Part shown: piece after piece, positions 1-9,841 of the stretch | How the letters are laid out: every line of letters starts with the position of its first letter | Numbering within the stretch: the stretch's first letter is position 1 | Position numbers and translations under genes: made by a program | IMG/VR virus record: IMGVR_UViG_3300032024_000213 | Span: 1-32,279 of that record | DNA: 32,279 nucleotides | Strand: one strand, 5' to 3' | Source: a virus | Lineage: Duplodnaviria > Caudoviricetes | The notes under the pieces: model-generated | What the model was told of the DNA's origin: nothing | Seen by the model: only the letters and a program-made list of their open reading frames with translations | The model's database searches: none

Positions 1-21
1 GGCAAAGGGGACCGCGCGGCG

Positions 22-48
22 GTAGGGGCGTGGCCGGGTCGCCCCTAC
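22..48. repeat. Host GTAG-type REP-like palindrome in the flank
   Basis: GTAGGGGCG (22-30) and CGCCCCTAC (40-48) form a perfect 9-bp inverted repeat starting with GTAG, outside the phage end. Confidence 0.6.
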
Positions 49-63
49 GTGTCGCTGTAAGCG

Positions 64-107
64 GACACATGATCTGCGAAGAAACGACACATGATCTGCG
101 AAGAAAC
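64..107 (+). repeat. Right-end transposase binding sites (R1/R2-like), perfect 22-bp tandem repeat
   Basis: GACACATGATCTGCGAAGAAAC occurs at 64-85 and 86-107, starting 8 nt inside the terminal TGT. Mu end sites are also about 22 bp. Confidence 0.85.
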
Positions 108-139
108 GTGTAGGGAAGTTTGGACGGCGGATGCTGGGG

Positions 140-1030
140 TCAGAACAGCTCGCGGAAGGTGACTGGGCCCCAGCTCCAGTTGTCGTCTGCTAGGTGGTTG
201 ATGCTGCCGGGGTCCACGAAAAATCCGTATAGGGCAGTGCGGTGCAGGATGCGTCGAGACTCACCGTCATCGTCCTTGGCGTAGCGCGGGAACAATACAC
301 AGTGGGTCGTAGTGCCCAGCCGCTGGATGATCTCCTGAACATCGGGCGTGACTGGTGGTAACTCCATGAACGACTGGCCAAACGTCCCTGGCCAGTCGAG
401 AGGGCCGAACGAGCCGCGAAATTCGCGGACGATCTGCCGCAGCAGAGGATACCCCTGACCACCGTTCGACACCACCATCGCGCCTGGGTCCACGGGCCGA
501 ATCGACCATCCAGTATCCAGCCCGACAGGATGCACCCACACTGGGCCGACCCACAGCGCACCGACGCCGAAATTGACCAGAGTGTTGAAATCCGCTGCAC
601 CGAAGGCGACGGTGACTTTGACTTTTGCTGCTACTGAGGTGCCGCCTACGATCGGCAGGACCAGCCAAATATGACGCGGGAACGTTGCCCCAAGAAAATC
701 CTGCACGCCAAACACGTGGTTGCCGATGTTCGATCCGCCGGTGTTGAACAACGATACCGTAATCGAGCTGACCTCCAATCCAACTCGATTATCGTGGGTA
801 ACATTGAGCAGCCCAACAACGTCGATATGCGGAGTTGTCGAGGCGGTGAACCCAGCCTCCCAGATAACGTCGAACGACCCTTGTCCAGCGGGATCGGACA
901 CGACAGGGAATACAGTCTGATCGGCTAGCTGGGGAGAAAGCAGAGCGCTGCCAGGCAACCCATTGATCAAGCCAACGTCGGAGAAATCGAAGGCGTGGTT
1001 GGCGTGCGAGATGGCAGCGGTGTAGGGCAT
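140..1030 (-). CDS. Putative tail tip/distal tail protein (296 aa)
   Basis: Last gene of the tail operon; its start overlaps the upstream stop; beta-rich sequence. Function inferred from position only. Confidence 0.6.
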   Translation of the reverse strand: MPYTAAISHANHAFDFSDVGLINGLPGSALLSPQLADQTVFPVVSDPAGQGSFDVIWEAGFTASTTPHIDVVGLLNVTHDNRVGLEVSSITVSLFNTGGSNIGNHVFGVQDFLGATFPRHIWLVLPIVGGTSVAAKVKVTVAFGAADFNTLVNFGVGALWVGPVWVHPVGLDTGWSIRPVDPGAMVVSNGGQGYPLLRQIVREFRGSFGPLDWPGTFGQSFMELPPVTPDVQEIIQRLGTTTHCVLFPRYAKDDDGESRRILHRTALYGFFVDPGSINHLADDNWSWGPVTFRELF

Positions 1031-2985
1031 TATTTCGGTCCTTCGGGCGGCGGGGGTGGGACTACGTAGAACAGGTCGAGGGTGACCTGGTTGTCGCCGT
1101 AGGCGCCGGATATCTCTGTGACCAGTGCGGGGACGCCGGCGGCAAGGCCGAAACGGGAGTGGCGCTGGGTGACTACCTGGAGCGGGTCGAGGGAGCGGAG
1201 CGCGCTCGACTGGGCGACGATTTTCCAGGTTGCGAAGCGGGATACGCCGCCATCCGGGTAGATGCTGGCGACGTGGTCGGCGTGGGCCAGGCAGTCGGCT
1301 TGGTTGTCGAGCAGGGTGCCGAATCCGCTCTCTGATGCCGGGCGCGACGAGCCCGGTACGGGTGGGTCGTAGGCGCCGATCGGCGACAGACGCGGGCGCT
1401 GGCCTTGGCCTGCTGTGGGCCTGATCTCCTCGTTGACGATTGCGCCGCTGGTCGCGCGGACGCGATAGTCCGCAGTGAGCTTTGCGCGATCGGCAGACGA
1501 TACGCCATCGAGCAGCTCGCTATCGTTGTAGCGGTACCAGTTCCTCGCGCCGGCGATGGTCTTGCTGAGACCTGGCGCCTTGTCGATCTCGACTTGCAGC
1601 TCGGAGCCGAGCAGCAACATGCTCTCGGTGATCTCTGCGACCGGTGTGCCGGCAGATGGCAGCTCGACGCGGCGCACTGCGATCTTGCCGGTGTGGTCCT
1701 CGAAAATCGCTGCGGCGAATGAATCCAGCACGTCATCGACCACATCGCGCAGAGTCACGTTGCTGTCGGCCCAGTAGCTGATCGGCCAGTGCGCTACCGC
1801 ATCGAGGGCGGTCACCGATGACCAATCGATGTCGATCTCTAAAAGTCCACCGCGGTCGATCAGCAGGTGGCGAAGAACTTCGGGCAGGTAGCGGGATTCG
1901 GCGACACGATCAAGTCGAACACCATCGAACGAAAAGTTGTAGCCGCCGGTCTTGGACCGCAACAAAAAATCGAACTGCTGGCCGGGCACGAACGTGCCCG
2001 AAATTGGCCCAGTAGTAGCGGACTCTGCGACAACCGCGCCGCCCGCAACCACTTGCAGAGTCCCGCTGACGCGGGTGAACGACGCAATCGACCACGCATA
2101 TGTTGCGCCCGCTACGAGCGGATGCGGCCAATCGATCTGCGCGGTCTGGCCAAAACCTCCTGCAAACGTGACGACTCCGCCAATGACAGATATGCCTGTG
2201 CCGCTTTGCGACCAGCCGCTGAGCCCGGCATCAAAATCGCCGAAGGCCGGTGGAATAACGACCTCGACGGTCACCGTCTGACCCAGCACATCCGCGACAA
2301 CACGGCTGGTCGGCAGCGCGAGTCTCTCGAACCCATACCGGCCGGTGCCGACAGCCACCTGCCAGCCGACACCCTCGACCAGAGGAAACCCACCGTCGCG
2401 CACCAGCACAATCGATTCGTAGGCCGTCGAGTCGTGAACGTCATAGTCGAAATCCACACTGTCAACCAACACGGCGGGCACGCTGAGTGGCTGGCCAATG
2501 CTGATCGGCCGCAGCCGGCCGACCGCGGAGTCATCCACGGCGCCGGTCTGGTAGGCGAGCGGTTGCGTCGGCACGTTGAGTTTGCTCAGCAGTCCCAGCG
2601 ACGTGATGCGCAGCGCGCGCTCGCCGACAGCGGAGACCTCATCGACGATTGCGCTCGCCTCAAGCACAAACAGCGCGAACGCCTGATCGGTGCGGCCGGT
2701 GTAGATTTCGATGCGCCGGCCTTTGAGCGTGCCGTCGATCAACAGCGCATCGAGCGCGCCGACGGCGTTGACCAGGTCGATCGCACCGATCCCGCTGTTG
2801 CTGCGGCTGCGGCCCCAGATATAGACCGACGCGGAGCGCGACCAGGTGATCTTGCCGGTGAGCAGCGGCTCGAACGCAGTGCTGGCGGGCGTATCGGTCG
2901 ACGACGTGATATAGCCCGCGTCGCTGAAATACCGGTAGACCCCGGCCGAGACCTCGATCGCGACGACGACGACGGGCAGGCGCAC
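1030..2985 (-). CDS. Tail tip/hub protein (~651 aa) with an inserted carbohydrate-binding-like domain
   Basis: Probable GTG start at 2985 (VRLPVVVVAIEV) after an AGGA RBS, just past the 2988 stop. The upstream extension in the ORF track looks spurious. Lies downstream of the tape measure gene. Confidence 0.7.
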   Translation of the reverse strand: MRLPVVVVAIEVSAGVYRYFSDAGYITSSTDTPASTAFEPLLTGKITWSRSASVYIWGRSRSNSGIGAIDLVNAVGALDALLIDGTLKGRRIEIYTGRTDQAFALFVLEASAIVDEVSAVGERALRITSLGLLSKLNVPTQPLAYQTGAVDDSAVGRLRPISIGQPLSVPAVLVDSVDFDYDVHDSTAYESIVLVRDGGFPLVEGVGWQVAVGTGRYGFERLALPTSRVVADVLGQTVTVEVVIPPAFGDFDAGLSGWSQSGTGISVIGGVVTFAGGFGQTAQIDWPHPLVAGATYAWSIASFTRVSGTLQVVAGGAVVAESATTGPISGTFVPGQQFDFLLRSKTGGYNFSFDGVRLDRVAESRYLPEVLRHLLIDRGGLLEIDIDWSSVTALDAVAHWPISYWADSNVTLRDVVDDVLDSFAAAIFEDHTGKIAVRRVELPSAGTPVAEITESMLLLGSELQVEIDKAPGLSKTIAGARNWYRYNDSELLDGVSSADRAKLTADYRVRATSGAIVNEEIRPTAGQGQRPRLSPIGAYDPPVPGSSRPASESGFGTLLDNQADCLAHADHVASIYPDGGVSRFATWKIVAQSSALRSLDPLQVVTQRHSRFGLAAGVPALVTEISGAYGDNQVTLDLFYVVPPPPPEGPK

Positions 2986-2987
2986 AG

Positions 2988-3551
2988 TCAGTTCCTCATC
3001 GCCAGGCACGCGCCCAAATGGACGTGTGCCGACGACGCTACGGTCGCCGTGGTGACCAGGCCGATCACGTAGTGGCCAGCCGCCGGCACGGCAAACGACG
3101 CCGAGACAGCGCTGAGCAGCGAATCCGCGACCGGCGCCGCGAACGTGACCTGGCTGCCGGCGACAGCGGCGCCCAGCGTGTAGCGGCACTGGCCCGCGGT
3201 GCCAGACACCGACGGCCGCGTGATCGAGTGCAGCCCAACGGTGTAGTTGCCGCCGGGCGCCACGTCATTGGTGTAGAGCTGCGCGCGGATGCGGAGCGTG
3301 GTGGCCACTCCCTGCATCGCGATCAATTCGGCGGGATCGAGAAAGATGGTGGACAGCGGATAGAGCGTGCCCAACGACGCCAGCGCCAGCGGATCGCCCA
3401 CGCCAAACGCATAGGTGCCGGCTCCGCGCAGGGCCGTATGCGAGCCGGAGACAGCAAGCAACACGCGCCAGATTTTGTTCGGGACGTTGGCGTCCCAGCC
3501 CATGGCCAGGCGCTGCGCGGCGGCGATGGCGGGCTCCATCAGGGGTTTCAC
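2988..3551 (-). CDS. Hypothetical tail-associated protein (187 aa)
   Basis: GTGA overlap with the tape measure stop; beta-rich, Gly/Ala-rich sequence. Confidence 0.65.
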   Translation of the reverse strand: MKPLMEPAIAAAQRLAMGWDANVPNKIWRVLLAVSGSHTALRGAGTYAFGVGDPLALASLGTLYPLSTIFLDPAELIAMQGVATTLRIRAQLYTNDVAPGGNYTVGLHSITRPSVSGTAGQCRYTLGAAVAGSQVTFAAPVADSLLSAVSASFAVPAAGHYVIGLVTTATVASSAHVHLGACLAMRN

Positions 3552-6500
3552 CGAAGCGTCCTCATCGTGTTGGTCTGGCGCTCGGTCGCGGCGACCAGCT
3601 CGCGGCTGCCGGCGACGCTGCTGCGCTCCAGCTCGGCGATGCGGCGCGCGGTTTCGGCGGCCATGCGATTGGCGGATTCGAGCTCGGCGCGAACCGCGCG
3701 CATCTCGGCGAGCAGCGCGGTGATGTCGCCCCCGCCGCTGGTGTTCACCGGGATGCCCGCACGGCGGAAAAAATCGGCGACCGGCACCGGCAGAATCGCT
3801 TCGCCCTGGTGGATGGTGGCCAGGCCGGTGCGCGGCACGTTGCCGGTGCCGACCGCGAACGAGGCAAACCCCTGCGCATCGTTTGCCGCGCGCAGGTTGC
3901 GCAGCATCAGATCGAGTGCGCCGTTCTGCTCACGCGCTTGCTCGACCGACTCGTTCAGCAGATCCTCGTTGGTATCGGCGGCGGTGCGCTGACGATCACG
4001 AATCTGGTCCATCCGAGCGCTCATATCGTTGAGCGTTTCCGTTTGGAACTCCGCTTCGGTCAGCAGCGCTCGGCCGTTTTGGTCGATGAAGCTCAGCGCG
4101 TCGAGCTGGGTGAAATTGGTCGGATCGATGCGATCGAAAAACGGCGCAAGGCGGTCGCGTAGCGAGGGCGCCAGCGCACCGACTGCCTCCTCAAGCTCGG
4201 CCTGTGCGGCCTCCAGCCCGGTAACGTCGCCGAGCGCAGCAGCAGCCTCCACGTTGGCCAGCAGCGGCGCGAGCGCATCGCGCTGCTCATCCGGCAGCCC
4301 ATTGATCTGTGCCTCCAGCGCGTTGTTGAGCAGCGATTGGGCGTCGGCCAGGTCGCCCAGGTCGACGCCGACCTGGGCCGACAGCTCGGACAGATTGACG
4401 CCCATTTGTTGGGCGACGCCAGTGAGCTGCGCAGCAGTCGTGTCGGTCAGCTCTTCGAGGTTGACGCCGAGATCGGCGACCAGGCCGGCGACGCTGAGAC
4501 CAATCTGTTCGGCAATCGCCGACAGCGGCTCGCCGGTCGCGATCACCAGATCGCGCACCGCGGCGGCCAGGTCCTGGGCAATCTGCAACCGATTCTCTGC
4601 TGCCTGCGCAGCCAACAGCGCATCGCGCTCATCGAGCAGCGACTGCAGATCGCCTGAGGGCCCTTGAATGCCACCGCCGCCACCACCGACCTGCGCGCCC
4701 GGTCGCACCGCCTGGCCAGCCAGTTGGTTGCCCATCGCGATAATGCCGTCGCGTATCCCGTTGAACGGATCGCTGCCGGCCGGGAATACCGACTGCGCCA
4801 GGCGCAGGATTTCCTCGGACAACTGAGGAAACTGTTCGAGCGCACTTTGATCGCCACGCACAGCCGCGGCAAACAGCTCTTGGAGCTGCTGCTGGGCGAT
4901 CGGCAGGGCGTCCTTCGGGCGCAGGCCGCCGAGCGCTGGGTTGCGCAGGATGCCATCCACGAAATCGCGGATGCGGCGCTGCGCCTCGATCTGGGCGTTG
5001 GCAGAGTCGGCGGCCGCATTCGACACTGCGTCGATACCATCGAGCTGCGCCTGGTTCGCCTGCTCGATGAGCGCGATCTGCTCGGTCAGCTCATCGAGGC
5101 GCGTGCCCTGCAGTTGCCCGACAAGGTCGAGCGCGCGCTCGCGCAGTTTGCGCATCGCCTCGCCGGCCTTGAGCGCGGCGAGCTGGTGGACAGCGGCCAG
5201 GTCCTCTTCCGATGCCGCCGATAGCCCGGCAGCGCGCGCCAGATCGTTGAGCTCGGTGCGCGCGTTGTCGGCCCACTGATTGATGTCGCGGATTTCCGAT
5301 CCGAACTCGGTCAGCCCGGTGCGCAGCAGCTCGTCGGCGATTTCGGTCACGCCCTCGGTGTAAGCGGCCACCGCCTGGTTTGCGCGCTCGTAGATCGCGT
5401 TGAGCGTGGCCTGTGCCTCACCCGCCGCACTGATCGCGGCACCGGCGCGCAACCAGTCGGCGATCTGTTCCGGGGTGGCGGTCGGCAACGCGGCCAGGAA
5501 CTGCGCCTTGAAATCCTCGTTGCTGATGCCGACATCGAGGCCCAGGCCGGTGAGCGCTTCCTCGCGGGCGGATTGCGTGGTCTGCACGCGGGCTTGGGCG
5601 TTTTCCGTCTCTGTGAAAAACGTCGAGAAAAACGTGTTGACCAGCGCGGTCGCCTTGTCCAGACCGCCGAGGATGCCGCTCACGTCGGCAGCGAGACGCA
5701 GAAACGCTTCGCCGGTCGCGTCGAACACCACGCCGGTGCGATCCGCGATCGACTCCAGCAGATCGACCGAGCCAACGATGCGCTGGGCAGCGTCAGCGAT
5801 GCTCTCGCCGCCCTTTTTGATGTCCTCGGCGATCTCGACGAACAAATGGAACTCGACGCCGAGGTCACTGGCGTTGAACACTTGCTCGGCGCCCAGAATC
5901 TCGGTCAGGCGCTTGACCTGCGCTTCGAGGCCGATGCCCTTGTTGACAAAATCCTGGATGACGGTATCGAACGTGCCGAGGATCGCGGCGAATCGTTCCT
6001 TGAGCAGCTCCTCTGGGTTCGCATCGCCGCCTTTGAGGCGGCTGGTAAACGTCGCGAGCCGCGCACTGATCTGCTCGATCTGCGCGCTGCCGCCGTCGAA
6101 CGAGGACACCGCATCGGCGATGGCCTGATCGAACGCCTGCACCGCGCCGAGGATCTGCTGGCTGTCGATCTTGGTGCGATCGTTGTCGAGGAAAATGTTG
6201 CCGAGCGCGGTCTCGCCGGTGGCTTCGCTGCCGGCGAACGCCGAACCGCTGAGCACCAGCTTCGGCTTCTTGCCGAAGAGAGCACCGAAAATGCCGATCG
6301 CGGTTTTGATGCCGGTCGCGATCGCACCGACGATACCCGGAATCTGCTGCGCAACAGTCAGGAGTCCACCGACCACGCCCTCTTCTTTGATCGCGCTGAT
6401 CGCCGTGCCGACGAAGTTGAGCGCGCCGCCAATGTTGTTCGCAACGCGCTCGGCGGTCTGGACACCCGCCTCCCCGACGCGGGCCTTGAATGCTTGTCCG

Positions 6501-9094
6501 AATCCGTCGAAGAACCCGCCGATGTTGCCCACGTCGAAGGCGTTCTTCACGCTGTTGCCCAACAGTTCCTGGAACGTGCCGCCCGCGAACAGCGTTTTGC
6601 CATCCTCGCCGCCGAGGAATCCGAACGATCCGCCCTGGCTGCGCAGTTGCTCTTGCGCTTGCTCCAGGCCCAGCTCCTCGCGTTTGGCAGCGATGCGCTT
6701 GCGGATCGCCTCGACATCGATGTTGGTCTGCGCAGTACCGCTCTTCAGCGCCTCGATGTTCGCCCGCTGAAGATCGGTGACCACCCGCATCACATCGGCC
6801 TCGATCTGCTGCTGCTCGATCACGCGGTCGCGCGCCTCGCCGGTCGCGCCCAGCGCCTCGATCTCGGCGTCGATGCCGGCGAGCAGTTCCTCCAGCGGGC
6901 CGAGCTGCTGGGAGCGCAGAGCGGCCTCGGCGGTGAGCACGGCGACGTTACGGTCGTGCGCCGCGGCCTCAGCGATAATCCGCGCGGTGACCTGCTCTTG
7001 CACCTGCGCCTGCAGCGCCGAGGCTTTGGTCAACTTGGCCGCGGCGGCGATTGCCACGCCGCCGGTGACCGCGATTTTGCGGAGCGCGGCGATGTGGTCA
7101 GCGTTGGCTTTGGCCAGCTCGCCGCCGGTAGCAGCCGCGAGCTGATCGGTGCCGTCCGCCAGCGCGGCCATCGATTGCGCGACGGTGCGCTGGGCACGGT
7201 CCAGCTCGGTATCGCTGCGGGTTTTCGCGCGACCGGCCTTGGTCACGGCATCAAGCTGCGATTTGAGGCCGGACATTTCGCCGATCAGCTGGCGCGTGCT
7301 GTCGCTCAGGTCGTCGGCCGACTTCGCGCCGGTTTGCTGCTGTGCTTCGAGCAAGGCGCCGGCCTTGGCGCCATTGAGCGCGGTCTCGACCTGCACGCGC
7401 AGCGATGCGATCTGCTCGCGGAGTTTTTCGTCGACCGTTTTACTGCCGTCCGCGAAGCGCTTGGCGGCGACCTGGGCCTGGTCGATGACGCCGGCGTTTT
7501 CGACCAACGCATCTGTGTGATTCCGGACCGACTTTTCCGCCTCGTCGATCTGCACTTTCAATGCACGCTCCCGCTCCTCTAAAACGGCGATGGCGCGGGT
7601 ATGGACACCGCCCTTTTCGGCCGCGTCTGCGTGCGCCTGTTGCAACGCGACCAACCGCTCACGCAGACCCTCCACGGTCTGGCGGGCGGCTTCTAGCGGG
7701 GCGGCCTCGGCAATCTCGGCATCGCTGAACCCCTGATCCAGGAGGCGCTTGCGTTCGGTGGCCTCGTTGAGTTTTTCCGTCAGGCGGTCGAGCGAGTCGA
7801 TGGTCGTGCGAAACGGATCATTGGCGGCGGCGCTCGACACCAGCGAGTAACCAACCGCCAGCGCAGCCAGCGCCAGGCTGACCGGACCGAGCACGCCGGC
7901 CAGGGTGCCGGCCGACACGGTCACCGCGCGCAGCCCCGCGACCAGCACTGGCGATGCGGACGCCGCGCCCAACATCGAGGCGCGGAACGCGACCAGGTTG
8001 AGCGTGTTGGCGGCCCAGCCGAGCGCCGATGCGCCGAGCTGCGCCAGCAGCCGACCGCCGAGGATCGCGCCGACCGCCAGCGCGGCCAGCGCGATGCCAT
8101 TGAAGTTGTCAGCCACGAAACTGATCGCTGCAGCGATCGCCACGCTCGCCGCGGTCGCCTCGCCGGCCTGGCCGATGAATCGCGTGAATGCGTTCCCCAA
8201 CTGCTGACCGGCGCCGCTGATCGTCAGCGCCATGCCGTCCATTTTCTGCTGTACCTGCTCGGCGCCGTTGAGCAGAGCGCCGGACAGAATCTCAGCAGTG
8301 ATCCCGCCCTCGGCGGCGAACTCGCGGAGTTCACCGCGCGTCTTGCCCAAGCTCCGCGCGACCAGGTCCATGATGATCGGCGCTTGTTCCGCCACGGAGT
8401 TGAACTCGTCTCCGCGCAGCGCGCCAGAAGATAGCCCCTGGGTCAGCTGTGTGATCGCCGCGCGCGCCGACTCGGTCGACGCGCCGGATACGATGAACGA
8501 CTGATTGACCGTCTCGGTGATCTGCGCGAGCTGGCTCTGCCGCAGATTGAGGTCGGCCGTGCTGCGTGCAAGCGAGCTGTACAGCAGGCCGGTATTGGTC
8601 AGGTCCGACCGCGTCCGCTGCGCGATCGCGAACACCTCATCCGCAACGACGTTGGCCGCGGTCTGGCTGTCGGTGACCAGCCGGATGCGGCTGTTGAGAT
8701 TGGTATACGCATCGGCGGCTCCGGTGATCTGCGCGACCAGCCCGACACCGAGCGCGATGCCGAACGTCGCGGCCACTGTTTTGCCGAGCCCCAGCGCGCG
8801 ATTTTGCAGCGACTGGATATTGCGCCCGGCGTTCGCCGCGGCCAGGCCGATCTCGCGGCCGGTGCGCGTGCCGACGGCACCGGTGCCGGTGAGCTGTGCA
8901 ACCAGGTCGCGGGCGGCGCGCCCGGTGCTCTGCAACGCGACTCCGGCAGCGGTGGTACCGCGTCCGATCTGGTCGCCCGCCTCGGCGCCGGCCACGCCCA
9001 GGCCCGCGACATCGCGCTTGACGCGCTCGACGGTGGCGGTCACGCCCTTGCCGTCGGCGGTGATGACCAGGGCAACTTTGAGATCAGCAGCCAT
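3548..9094 (-). CDS. Tail tape measure protein (1848 aa)
   Basis: N-terminal tape-measure domain motif (QLTQGLSSGALRGDEFNSVAEQAP), long Ala-rich helical body and C-terminal FAVGT..VP..GLATIHQGEAILP motif. Follows the chaperone genes. Confidence 0.93.
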   Translation of the reverse strand: MAADLKVALVITADGKGVTATVERVKRDVAGLGVAGAEAGDQIGRGTTAAGVALQSTGRAARDLVAQLTGTGAVGTRTGREIGLAAANAGRNIQSLQNRALGLGKTVAATFGIALGVGLVAQITGAADAYTNLNSRIRLVTDSQTAANVVADEVFAIAQRTRSDLTNTGLLYSSLARSTADLNLRQSQLAQITETVNQSFIVSGASTESARAAITQLTQGLSSGALRGDEFNSVAEQAPIIMDLVARSLGKTRGELREFAAEGGITAEILSGALLNGAEQVQQKMDGMALTISGAGQQLGNAFTRFIGQAGEATAASVAIAAAISFVADNFNGIALAALAVGAILGGRLLAQLGASALGWAANTLNLVAFRASMLGAASASPVLVAGLRAVTVSAGTLAGVLGPVSLALAALAVGYSLVSSAAANDPFRTTIDSLDRLTEKLNEATERKRLLDQGFSDAEIAEAAPLEAARQTVEGLRERLVALQQAHADAAEKGGVHTRAIAVLEERERALKVQIDEAEKSVRNHTDALVENAGVIDQAQVAAKRFADGSKTVDEKLREQIASLRVQVETALNGAKAGALLEAQQQTGAKSADDLSDSTRQLIGEMSGLKSQLDAVTKAGRAKTRSDTELDRAQRTVAQSMAALADGTDQLAAATGGELAKANADHIAALRKIAVTGGVAIAAAAKLTKASALQAQVQEQVTARIIAEAAAHDRNVAVLTAEAALRSQQLGPLEELLAGIDAEIEALGATGEARDRVIEQQQIEADVMRVVTDLQRANIEALKSGTAQTNIDVEAIRKRIAAKREELGLEQAQEQLRSQGGSFGFLGGEDGKTLFAGGTFQELLGNSVKNAFDVGNIGGFFDGFGQAFKARVGEAGVQTAERVANNIGGALNFVGTAISAIKEEGVVGGLLTVAQQIPGIVGAIATGIKTAIGIFGALFGKKPKLVLSGSAFAGSEATGETALGNIFLDNDRTKIDSQQILGAVQAFDQAIADAVSSFDGGSAQIEQISARLATFTSRLKGGDANPEELLKERFAAILGTFDTVIQDFVNKGIGLEAQVKRLTEILGAEQVFNASDLGVEFHLFVEIAEDIKKGGESIADAAQRIVGSVDLLESIADRTGVVFDATGEAFLRLAADVSGILGGLDKATALVNTFFSTFFTETENAQARVQTTQSAREEALTGLGLDVGISNEDFKAQFLAALPTATPEQIADWLRAGAAISAAGEAQATLNAIYERANQAVAAYTEGVTEIADELLRTGLTEFGSEIRDINQWADNARTELNDLARAAGLSAASEEDLAAVHQLAALKAGEAMRKLRERALDLVGQLQGTRLDELTEQIALIEQANQAQLDGIDAVSNAAADSANAQIEAQRRIRDFVDGILRNPALGGLRPKDALPIAQQQLQELFAAAVRGDQSALEQFPQLSEEILRLAQSVFPAGSDPFNGIRDGIIAMGNQLAGQAVRPGAQVGGGGGGIQGPSGDLQSLLDERDALLAAQAAENRLQIAQDLAAAVRDLVIATGEPLSAIAEQIGLSVAGLVADLGVNLEELTDTTAAQLTGVAQQMGVNLSELSAQVGVDLGDLADAQSLLNNALEAQINGLPDEQRDALAPLLANVEAAAALGDVTGLEAAQAELEEAVGALAPSLRDRLAPFFDRIDPTNFTQLDALSFIDQNGRALLTEAEFQTETLNDMSARMDQIRDRQRTAADTNEDLLNESVEQAREQNGALDLMLRNLRAANDAQGFASFAVGTGNVPRTGLATIHQGEAILPVPVADFFRRAGIPVNTSGGGDITALLAEMRAVRAELESANRMAAETARRIAELERSSVAGSRELVAATERQTNTMRTLR

Positions 9095-9473
9095 CGTTGA
9101 GGATTTCCTGTGCGACCCTGGCCATGATCCGTATCCCGCTCGTTACCCGCCTGCGCTTGCGTGGTGGGACGTTGAGCACCGACAGCACGGCCTCGATTTC
9201 GGTCGCGGCCACTCCTTTATATAGAGTCACCAGGCGATCACCGGCCACCAGCGTTTCGGACTCCCACTGGCAGGCCAGATACGCCTGCACCACCACCACG
9301 TTCCGCCGCAGTACCTCGATCGGGCGATCTCTTGCGGCGGTGCCGTCGATCTGCTCCCGCTGCTCCGGGCTGAGTCCCATCGCCTCCAGGTCGGCGCCGA
9401 GGCTGTTGCCACGCGCCGCCTGGCTATTCCGCCGCCGCCCGGTCAGCGCCCGCGCGACGGCTTCGAGTTTTTT
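9084..9473 (-). CDS. Tail assembly chaperone -1 frameshift extension (gpGT-like, DUF1799-like)
   Basis: The -1 frame is open from the slippery site (KKLEAVARALTG...ADLEAMGLSPEQ...CQW...) and continuous with ORF 9084..9380. Confidence 0.8.
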   Translation of the reverse strand, partial: KKLEAVARALTGRRRNSQAARGNSLGADLEAMGLSPEQREQIDGTAARDRPIEVLRRNVVVVQAYLACQWESETLVAGDRLVTLYKGVAATEIEAVLSVLNVPPRKRRRVTSGIRIMARVAQEILNDGC

Positions 9474-9808
9474 GGCTCGAGGTTTTTGGTCACGACCTCA
9501 TCGCGGTAGCATGCCAGCAGCGCGTTGTAGGTGTAGGTGTTCGACAAAGCCACGTCCCTGGCACTCAGTTCCTGGCCGTCGCCGTCGGTCGCCTGGAATT
9601 GAAGATTTCCGAAGTCGACGCTGGTCAGCGCCTTCGGCAACACGTCGCTGATCGCCTCGCCCTGGGCCTCCGCGTTCGGCAATGTGCGGAACCGCGCGAA
9701 AAAATTAATCTCGCGCCAACCGTTGCGCTTGCCGGTCGGCAGATTGCATTGGACCGCTACCTCCACGTCGCTGACGATGGACAGAATCAGGTCGGTTTTT
9801 TCGCTCAT
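9443..9808 (-). CDS. Tail assembly chaperone (gpG-like, 121 aa)
   Basis: Lies between the tail tube and tape measure genes and has a slippery heptamer near its 3' end. Confidence 0.8.
   Translation of the reverse strand: MSEKTDLILSIVSDVEVAVQCNLPTGKRNGWREINFFARFRTLPNAEAQGEAISDVLPKALTSVDFGNLQFQATDGDGQELSARDVALSNTYTYNALLACYRDEVVTKNLEPKNSKPSRGR
9467..9473 (-). other. Programmed -1 ribosomal frameshift site A AAA AAC
   Basis: Codons CCA AAA AAC give an X XXY YYZ heptamer in the correct phase, and the -1 frame joins the downstream ORF. Confidence 0.85.
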
Positions 9809-9841
9809 GGGTTGTACCTATTAAGTTGAGTGGATGCTGTA

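Noticed and set aside
64-107. 22-bp tandem repeat as a CRISPR array or assembly artefact
   Set aside because: There is no spacer between the copies, and related copies occur inverted at the other end, so these are transposase binding sites.
140-3551. Diversity-generating retroelement or invertible tail segment
   Set aside because: No reverse transcriptase, invertase, template/variable repeat pair or flanking inverted repeats were seen.
1867-9224. Long plus-strand ORFs (e.g. 1867-3072, 3018-3992, 5573-7582)
   Set aside because: They are antisense shadows of high-GC tail genes, with no RBS or recognisable motifs.
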